A stretch of DNA of 32,000 bases from Candidatus Velamenicoccus archaeovorus (GTDB taxonomy: Bacteria > Omnitrophota > Gorgyraeia > Velamenicoccales > Velamenicoccaceae). Position 1 is the stretch's first letter. Each line of letters opens with the position of its first letter. The position numbers and the translations under genes are program-made. Positions 25,779-31,022 of the stretch are shown here, piece by piece. The stretch is from positions 1,470,001-1,502,000 of the forward strand of contig NZ_CP019384.1 in NCBI RefSeq assembly GCF_004102945.1, read 5' to 3'. The notes below the pieces were generated by a model. The model was not told the DNA's origin. It worked only from the letters and a program-made list of their open reading frames with translations, and did no database searches.

Positions 25779-26255
25779 TCACTTTGTCAACAGGCAAAGA
25801 AACCCAAGGATAAAACTCCCGTAACCAAAGACAATAAAAACGGCCTTAAAGCACGTGGAGTAGGTCCATCCCTTTTTGTAGGGAGAGCTCTGCGACTGTC
25901 CTGAAAAATAATCATCCCTGGCAAAAATCCGCAGGACATGCGGCCCTTCCTTATACGCCCCCAGATCGATTTGTTCATCGAGATACTTTAATGCCGCTTC
26001 TCCGTTCCTGACGAGACGCATATTTCTGGCTTCGAATTTCCAAAAAACAAAAGAAAGAAATGCCAATAAAAAAGGAAGAAGACACGACCATTTTGAACAC
26101 GACATCGCCGGGTCTTTTGAAAAAGCAATAAAGGCGCCGATGATAAAAGTCGCAAGCGTTACATACAAATTAAAGGTTTTGAGTCTTTGGTCGGCATGCA
26201 TTGAAAAATAATTCCATGCGTAGCTCCTCATCACCTCGTAGTATTTGTCTTCCAT
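25779..26255 (-). CDS. 3-TM membrane protein of unknown function (last gene of the island)
   Basis: Start trimmed to MEDKYYEVMRSYAWNYFSMHADQRLKTFNLYV (ATG at 26255). The tracked N-terminal extension starts at a TTG inside the palindromic element. About 43% GC in a sampled line. Confidence 0.6.
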   Translation of the reverse strand: MEDKYYEVMRSYAWNYFSMHADQRLKTFNLYVTLATFIIGAFIAFSKDPAMSCSKWSCLLPFLLAFLSFVFWKFEARNMRLVRNGEAALKYLDEQIDLGAYKEGPHVLRIFARDDYFSGQSQSSPYKKGWTYSTCFKAVFIVFGYGSFILGFLCLLTK

Positions 26256-26263
26256 AAGGCCCC

Positions 26264-26300
26264 TATCTCTTGATCGAAGCCGAGCTTCGATCAAATCTCA
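26264..26300. repeat. 37-bp palindromic boundary element, copy A
   Basis: tatctc-ttgatcgaagc-cga-gcttcgatcaa-atctca: a perfect 11-bp stem with a 3-nt centre. Lies between the lipoprotein stop (26308) and the next start (26255). Confidence 0.9.
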
Positions 26301-26307
26301 AACGGGA

Positions 26308-26796
26308 TTAATCTTGCGACAAAGACACCGGCGCCAATCCTTTGACAAAGCCGGTCTTTTCATCGAACTCGAAACGATACAAACCCGGCGGCAACGGCTC
26401 AGCTTGCAGCGATACTCCCTGGGCTTTCATCAGAACCCCGCTGACAGACGTCGCCAGACCTGAAATGGCATTCATCGTCTCCGGGATCTTGGAATCCCTG
26501 GTATCGCCCATCTTGGTAAGCTGCCAGCCATCGGTCAGGTCAAACGTCGCATTGACCGTCCCTAGCCCGCCGTGTACCTTGATGACGTATTCTTCGTTTA
26601 TCCGGGGCAGATAGACGACCTTGCTATCCACTTTGCCATCCGCGTTGCTGACAACCAACAAATAGGGCCACGGCCGGTAGAAATAAATGCCACCCGTCCC
26701 GGCGTTCTTGTCCGTCACCTTCGCAATCTCGATACCGGCGCAGCCCGCCATCATCAAAAGGAACCCTGCGACCACCGACCAAAGACCTCTTTTCAT
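26308..26796 (-). CDS. Lipoprotein of unknown function
   Basis: 162 aa. Signal peptide plus lipobox (FLLMMAGC). SD GGGGGAGGG. Starts 28 nt after the lipase stop, with no repeat between the two genes. Confidence 0.7.
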   Translation of the reverse strand: MKRGLWSVVAGFLLMMAGCAGIEIAKVTDKNAGTGGIYFYRPWPYLLVVSNADGKVDSKVVYLPRINEEYVIKVHGGLGTVNATFDLTDGWQLTKMGDTRDSKIPETMNAISGLATSVSGVLMKAQGVSLQAEPLPPGLYRFEFDEKTGFVKGLAPVSLSQD

Positions 26797-26824
26797 TGTT
26801 CCCTCCCCCGTGGATTTTTGAAAT

Positions 26825-27727
26825 CTATTCTTTATCTAATCTCGAGACGGCATAATTAGCAAGTTTGCAGCAATACAAATCACAGGCATGATGTTGTATC
26901 CCAAGCCCGATCCTCCAAAGATTAAAATAACGACATCTGGCGTCGATAAAACCTGGGTTAGGAACCAGCCTTAAATCCATGAAATCATCGCGGCAAGGCG
27001 TCAGGTAGCGCTGGTCGCCATGATGAGCGTAAAACCCCCGCTCACTGAAAAAATGCTCCAAAATATTGTAGGATTTAAAAAAACTGATCCAGTATATTAA
27101 CTCGACGATGAAAGGAAACGGCACCCGAGGGACCAAATCATTGGCGTTCACAATGCGATATATGGGAGGCTTTATCGTGTCTCCAAGCTCGCTATTTCCC
27201 ACCCGCGGACTTCCGAAAGTATAGCAGGCGGCGATATTGTCCGAACTTAGATATTTCGCCGCCACGAGAGCCAAGGCCCCGCCTAAAGAATGGCCAGTAA
27301 TGTAGATAGCAAAATTTTCTTTCTCCAGATTGCGCACCTCCTCTTCTAACATTTTCTGGGCGCATGCAAAGGCCCGTTGAAAACCATTATGGATCTTGGC
27401 CCCCTTCCCGGCCCTATAAAACCTGAAATCCAAATCAGTAAGAATATCCCACCATTTCTTTACCTCGGTCCCCCTGAATGCCAATACGGCGATCTTATCC
27501 TGTTCCCTTCTTGCCAAAAACCCTTGAGTTTCGCTTTCGCTGAAAGGACGGATTAGCTTAAATCCAAGTTCGCCGAGATGCATTTCCAACTTCTTTCGGA
27601 TCTTTTCCGAATTCTCAAATTCAAGATAAGCAAGACTGGACATCTCTGCCAGAAGCCAGGCCATCCTGTCGCTATACGCGGCCCGCATCGTAGGGGGTTC
27701 CAGCAACGTAACTCTTCTTGCCAACAT
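26825..27727 (-). CDS. Class 3 (Lipase_3-type) lipase, no signal peptide
   Basis: GHSLGGALA nucleophile elbow in ITGHSLGGALALVAAKY, with FRGT upstream. Start trimmed to MLARRVTLLEPP (ATG at 27727, SD GGAG). The tracked TTG start lies in repeat DNA. Confidence 0.8.
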   Translation of the reverse strand: MLARRVTLLEPPTMRAAYSDRMAWLLAEMSSLAYLEFENSEKIRKKLEMHLGELGFKLIRPFSESETQGFLARREQDKIAVLAFRGTEVKKWWDILTDLDFRFYRAGKGAKIHNGFQRAFACAQKMLEEEVRNLEKENFAIYITGHSLGGALALVAAKYLSSDNIAACYTFGSPRVGNSELGDTIKPPIYRIVNANDLVPRVPFPFIVELIYWISFFKSYNILEHFFSERGFYAHHGDQRYLTPCRDDFMDLRLVPNPGFIDARCRYFNLWRIGLGIQHHACDLYCCKLANYAVSRLDKE

Positions 27728-27740
27728 CTTTTTCTCCGCT

Positions 27741-27791
27741 TTCTCGATCAAATCGAAGCCTTGATCGAAGCCGAGCTTCGATCAAGGCTCA
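27741..27791. repeat. Palindromic boundary element, copy B (extended stem plus a scrambled partial arm)
   Basis: gcc-ttgatcgaagc-cga-gcttcgatcaa-ggc (14-bp stem, 27758-27788). The 25-nt core is identical to copy A. Preceded by the partial tctcgatcaaatcgaagc. Confidence 0.85.
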
Positions 27792-27794
27792 TTC

Positions 27795-28256
27795 CTATTT
27801 TTTTATCACCCGGAAGGTGTGATGCACGGCGTCGCTGAACAGAAGCTGCTGCGCGCTGTTGACCTGCTTGAGGCACCATGTGTAGGTCTTGCCGTCCCTG
27901 AAAAGATCGGCCGGCACCTCAATCTCCGTATGCAGACCGGAAACCTGCTCATGGTAGATGGCGCCATTCTGGGACGTCTCGTTCTCCAGGTAAATACGGA
28001 AAAGATAACAATAAACATCGTAGGGCGTATGGGCCGGTTTCCAGCTGAACTTCACGGTCTTCTGCCCGCTGATATCCAGGGTCTCGCCCACGGGCGCCAC
28101 CAGCGTCGGGCTCGGCACACGGAACACCACGGTATTGGCCGGCGCACCGACGGGTTTCTCTTGCGGCGCCGGAGCAGTCTTTTCTTCTCCTGCGCCAACC
28201 TCCGCGCCCCACAAGAAAACCGCCGCCAAAACCAAAGCGTACGTTTTATAGCACAT
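27795..28256 (-). CDS. Small secreted protein, paralog 3 of the family (P3)
   Basis: 153 aa. Signal peptide, then VPSPTLVAPVGETLDISG...FSWKP...YLFRIY...IYHEQV...FRDGKTYTWCLKQ...FRVIKK. One sampled 60-nt line is about 72% GC. Confidence 0.7.
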   Translation of the reverse strand: MCYKTYALVLAAVFLWGAEVGAGEEKTAPAPQEKPVGAPANTVVFRVPSPTLVAPVGETLDISGQKTVKFSWKPAHTPYDVYCYLFRIYLENETSQNGAIYHEQVSGLHTEIEVPADLFRDGKTYTWCLKQVNSAQQLLFSDAVHHTFRVIKK

Positions 28257-28324
28257 GGGCCACCCCCTCCAACCTCCGCCTCAACCATCTTAATGAGACT
28301 TTAAGGCCAGACCTGTTTGTCTCA

Positions 28325-28858
28325 TTATCGTCCGGCTTTTTGCTTCACTTTCTCGGGATCACAGGGCTGACGAAGGATCGCGCCTAAATCCAACAGATTA
28401 AACTCATCATCCATGTTCAAATCAGAACGCTCCAATGTCCCGCGGCATTCATGGCACACATAGAGCATTTTAAGATACTTGCCCATGACATTGCGAGGAA
28501 TTTCGTAACGATTTTCAAGACCCCACCACTCCAGAAGGTCTTTATCACCCTTGGAAGAATTGCATTTCTTACACGACTTGACGATATTGTGGATTTCCGC
28601 AAAGTGACATTCGCGCTTGGCGACGATATGATCGTTGCTCAAGTCGACCGTCGCGCCGCAATAGATGCACTTCGTCTGGTCCATATGCAGGTCTTCACGC
28701 AAGATCTGCGACCACTTCATCTCGCCTGTCTGCAGCTTCTTGAACGAGCTCATGACAAAGCCATAATTCTTACGGTCGCCAAGCGCCGACCCCGAAATTA
28801 GCTTCGCATATTCCCAAAAAATCAAATCACGGATTGTTTTAACGGCTTTAGGTGGCAT
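28325..28858 (-). CDS. HNH endonuclease domain protein
   Basis: 177 aa. CIYCG...DHIVAK...HNIV..CKKCNSSKG (CxxC...DH...N...CxxCN..K HNH/zinc-finger pattern). About 47% GC in a sampled line. Confidence 0.8.
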   Translation of the reverse strand: MPPKAVKTIRDLIFWEYAKLISGSALGDRKNYGFVMSSFKKLQTGEMKWSQILREDLHMDQTKCIYCGATVDLSNDHIVAKRECHFAEIHNIVKSCKKCNSSKGDKDLLEWWGLENRYEIPRNVMGKYLKMLYVCHECRGTLERSDLNMDDEFNLLDLGAILRQPCDPEKVKQKAGR

Positions 28859-28869
28859 ATTATTGAATT

Positions 28870-29004
28870 TTACGAGAGGAGCTCTTGTCTCTTGATCGAA
28901 GCTCTCTTGATTGAAGCCGAGCTTCGATCAAAGCTCAAACTATAAAATGTATTGAACAATAGAATGATTGCCCATATTATTACGATGACTATCATTAACC
29001 ACAT
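28870..29004 (-). CDS. Candidate 44-aa hydrophobic peptide between two repeat copies
   Basis: MWLMIVIVIIWAIILLFNTFYSL followed by a basic tail (SFDRSSASIKRASIKRQELLS) that is translated repeat DNA. Purine-rich AGAGAGA upstream. Speculative. Confidence 0.25.
   Translation of the reverse strand: MWLMIVIVIIWAIILLFNTFYSLSFDRSSASIKRASIKRQELLS
28888..28937. repeat. Palindromic boundary element, copy C (15-nt left half duplicated in tandem)
   Basis: tctcttgatcgaagc (28888-28902) then tctcttgattgaagc-cga-gcttcgatcaa-agctca. One T/G mismatch in the stem. Confidence 0.9.
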
Positions 29005-29025
29005 AGTCTCTCTTTTGAAACGCGT

Positions 29026-29062
29026 TATCTCTTGATCGAAGCTCGGCTTCAATCAAATCTCA
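29026..29062. repeat. 37-bp palindromic boundary element, copy D (core inverted)
   Basis: tatctc-ttgatcgaagc-tcg-gcttcaatcaa-atctca. The core is the exact reverse complement of the copy C core. The terminal tca is the DUF2085 stop codon. Confidence 0.9.
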
Positions 29063-29401
29063 AATAAATCGTCCAATTAAATTAATAATAATTCTCCACC
29101 CCGCAGCGCCTACGCCAATACCGCCAATAATTCCAGTTATAAACCTCCGGGGGTTCGTCGACATAATCCTAAACCATTCTTGAGCAAACCAATCCAGGAA
29201 GATCAAAAACATAAAAAATAAACACACGGGAAAAGATGGTAATGATCCTATCAAAAACAAAAAAAATGAAAACACATGTCCGAGACTCGCTCCGAAACAA
29301 CGAGCACAAAATGGCATAGGCTTGCCTCGAAATGTAAAACTCCTCTCCGGCAACTTATGACATCCCATCTTTGCAATCAAGAGCGTTAAAGCAATATTCA
29401 T
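29060..29401 (-). CDS. DUF2085-like membrane protein
   Basis: 113 aa. CHKLPERSFTFRGKPMPFCARCFG motif (CHxxPERSF...CARC) plus TM segments. The start ATG overlaps the upstream TAA (TAATG). Confidence 0.65.
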   Translation of the reverse strand: MNIALTLLIAKMGCHKLPERSFTFRGKPMPFCARCFGASLGHVFSFFLFLIGSLPSFPVCLFFMFLIFLDWFAQEWFRIMSTNPRRFITGIIGGIGVGAAGWRIIINLIGRFI

Positions 29402-29688
29402 TAGGAAGCTTTCAATTCCCAGCTAAACCCACATTTCTGACAAACATTAAATAACTTATTTGCGTCAGAAGCACCGCAGAGAAGACCAAGGGGACCCAAA
29501 AGAATCGCTCCGCAACATGCACCTCCTGCATCATATCCTTTCTTGGTCGTTGTAATTGATGTGGAACCGCATTTGGGACAAGTTGCAGCAGAGGTCTTAG
29601 CTTCTTTTTTGGGCAGTATTTCACCACAATGCTTACATTTAATCGCTTCATCTTGTATCTCTTCAGCACAGAAAGGACATTTTTTCAT
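29401..29688 (-). CDS. Double zinc-ribbon protein
   Basis: 95 aa. CPFC...CKHCG, CPKCG and CQKCG pairs, with a G/C-rich hydrophobic segment between them. Confidence 0.7.
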   Translation of the reverse strand: MKKCPFCAEEIQDEAIKCKHCGEILPKKEAKTSAATCPKCGSTSITTTKKGYDAGGACCGAILLGPLGLLCGASDANKLFNVCQKCGFSWELKAS

Positions 29689-29697
29689 AGAAACCTC

Positions 29698-29728
29698 TAT
29701 ATCAAAGGGTTATTTGCAAAGTGTCGAG
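29698..29728. repeat. Second boundary motif, copy a (more diverged)
   Basis: tatatcaaagggttatttgcaaagtgtcgag. Shares tatRtcaaagggtta with copies b and c. Lies between the 57-aa ORF stop and the zinc-ribbon start. Confidence 0.6.
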
Positions 29729-29738
29729 AATTAAATAG

Positions 29739-29912
29739 CTAAAACATTGCTGGCACACTTGCAGAAGAAATAAGCAATCCGAATAAGCAGACTATTGTGA
29801 CTAAGCCAAAGATCGCCAGCATAATTTTTGTTCCAATGCCGACATTCTTCGACATCTCACTGTATCTTGCCAAAATATACAACCCAATCATCAACCCGAT
29901 TATTGGAATCAT
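29739..29912 (-). CDS. 57-aa two-TM peptide, unannotated in the ORF track
   Basis: Own translation gives MIPIIGLMIGLYILARYSEMSKNVGIGTKIMLAIFGLVTIVCLFGLLISSASVPAMF. Strong SD AAAAGGAGG lies 8 nt upstream of the ATG at 29912. Confidence 0.5.
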   Translation of the reverse strand: MIPIIGLMIGLYILARYSEMSKNVGIGTKIMLAIFGLVTIVCLFGLLISSASVPAMF

Positions 29913-29994
29913 TGCCTTATACCTCCTTTTTACAGCTCTGAGAAATCCTTAATCCATTTTTGTCCAAACGAGAACACCTCCACCGGAAATCTAA

Positions 29995-30023
29995 TTATGT
30001 CAAAGGGTTAGCGGTACCCAGTC
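29995..30023. repeat. Second boundary motif, copy b
   Basis: ttatgtcaaagggttagcggtacccagtc. 25/29 identical to copy c. Non-coding here, lying just 3' of the stop at 30033. Confidence 0.75.
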
Positions 30024-30032
30024 ATTTACCAA

Positions 30033-30875
30033 TTATTTAGAACTGTAATGATTTACAGTATAGGAAAGGATGGAACCAATAATATCCATATTATTTCTAT
30101 CATTAAACTGGATTAGCCTCGGTTTTGATCGATTGTTTTCTGAAAACTGCATTCCGTCGGCATAAAACTGAATATCCAAAATTTTATCCAAGTTAGTCGC
30201 AAAAGATTTTCTATCACCCCGAAATATAAGTCTTTTGCTGGAAAATATTAATTCCCCGTCACTCGTAGAAACATTTCCTTTTTCCACAACAGGATATCCT
30301 CTGAAGCCGCCTACGCGATAACTAACCCCTTTCATCACTCTGAAGCTAAGCCCACTGTACCCGCCTTCGTAGTGCCTGCTCAAAACTTTTTCTTCCAACA
30401 AAGAAGCGGGCTCTGACCAATATACCTGTTCCCCCTTCTTTAGAACGATATTTGCGATTTGTAGGGTTGGCATATTGCCGTTCTGGATCTCTCTCACCAG
30501 GCGATATCTAGCAAGTATCTTCTTTTTAGCTTCGATTAAATCATCACTCAGATTTAATTCTTTCTGAATATTGTTCAGCTCTTTTTCTTCCTCTTCTGTA
30601 AGAGTTGAATCGTCCACTGCCTTATTAAAGGCGGCCATATAAGCATCAATCTTTGCAACCTTTATATCTTCGTCATTAAGGCATAGCTCTGATTTTCTGC
30701 TTTCAATTTGTTTTATCTCTTCCGCTGTTAATTTACCGTCCGATGCCAGCTGTATCATCTCATCTTTCAATAACTGAATATTTACTTCCTTCTTCAGTTG
30801 GGCTTCTTTTTCCTGTTTTCTTTGCTCGGCAATCTGTTTCCATTCTTCAATCTTCTTCTTTATAAATTGAAGCAT
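30033..30875 (-). CDS. Coiled-coil protein with a C-terminal bacterial PH (YokE/GRAM-like) domain candidate
   Basis: Start trimmed to MLQFIKKKIEEW (ATG at 30875, SD GGGGAGG). Two LTxEE...L.L.D.DI repeats. C-terminal LKKGEQVYW...STSDGELIFSSKRLIFRGDRKS resembles the bPH pattern. About 27% GC in a sampled line. Confidence 0.55.
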   Translation of the reverse strand: MLQFIKKKIEEWKQIAEQRKQEKEAQLKKEVNIQLLKDEMIQLASDGKLTAEEIKQIESRKSELCLNDEDIKVAKIDAYMAAFNKAVDDSTLTEEEEKELNNIQKELNLSDDLIEAKKKILARYRLVREIQNGNMPTLQIANIVLKKGEQVYWSEPASLLEEKVLSRHYEGGYSGLSFRVMKGVSYRVGGFRGYPVVEKGNVSTSDGELIFSSKRLIFRGDRKSFATNLDKILDIQFYADGMQFSENNRSKPRLIQFNDRNNMDIIGSILSYTVNHYSSK

Positions 30876-30901
30876 GCCATGCCTCCCCTGAGTCAGAGCT
30901 A

Positions 30902-30938
30902 TATCTCTTGATCGAAGCTCGGCTTCAATCAAATCTCA
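30902..30938. repeat. 37-bp palindromic boundary element, copy E
   Basis: tatctcttgatcgaagctcggcttcaatcaaatctca. 37/37 identical to copy D, which lies 1.9 kb away in unrelated flanks. Confidence 0.9.
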
Positions 30939-30993
30939 CAGACCACTTAACCAAATCGTGATTATCTGAATACCATTTATTTCTCATAAATAT

Positions 30994-31022
30994 TTATGTC
31001 AAAGGGTTATTGGTGCCCGGTC
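30994..31022. repeat. Second boundary motif, copy c
   Basis: ttatgtcaaagggttattggtgcccggtc. Here it encodes the last 9 codons plus the stop (GPGTNNPLT*) of the 246-aa ORF. Confidence 0.75.

Noticed and set aside
28870-29052. The 60-aa ORF as given in the track
   Set aside because: Both of its ends are repeat DNA (copies C and D). Only the central hydrophobic part from the ATG at 29004 could be a real peptide, and even that is low confidence.
30876-30932. N-terminal extensions MIEAELRSRD..., MIEARLRSRD... (26256-26294) and MIEKAEKK (27728-27751) in the supplied ORFs
   Set aside because: These start at TTG codons inside the palindromic element itself, so they are translations of the repeat. 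Each gene has an internal ATG with a proper SD (30875, 26255, 27727).
26264-30938. The palindromic elements as canonical integron attC sites
   Set aside because: The hairpin is only 25-31 nt, whereas attC sites are roughly 55-140 nt. I find no RYYYAAC / GTTRRRY core pair at the borders, and no intI or attI is in the window. The cassette-like organisation is kept as a finding, but the integron label is not supported. An attC covariance-model scan would settle it.
26264-30938. The palindromic elements as ordinary rho-independent terminators
   Set aside because: In the gene sense none is followed by a U tract (they are followed by GAGAUA...), and the next SD and start follow within 10-45 nt. 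Identical sequence between unrelated genes is also not expected for independent terminators.
29995-31022. The TTGACA inside the 29-nt motif (gene sense cccTTTGACAtaa) as a cassette promoter -35 box
   Set aside because: No acceptable -10 hexamer lies 16-19 nt downstream in copies b or c. In copy a the motif (TTGATA) is only 13 nt from the next ATG.
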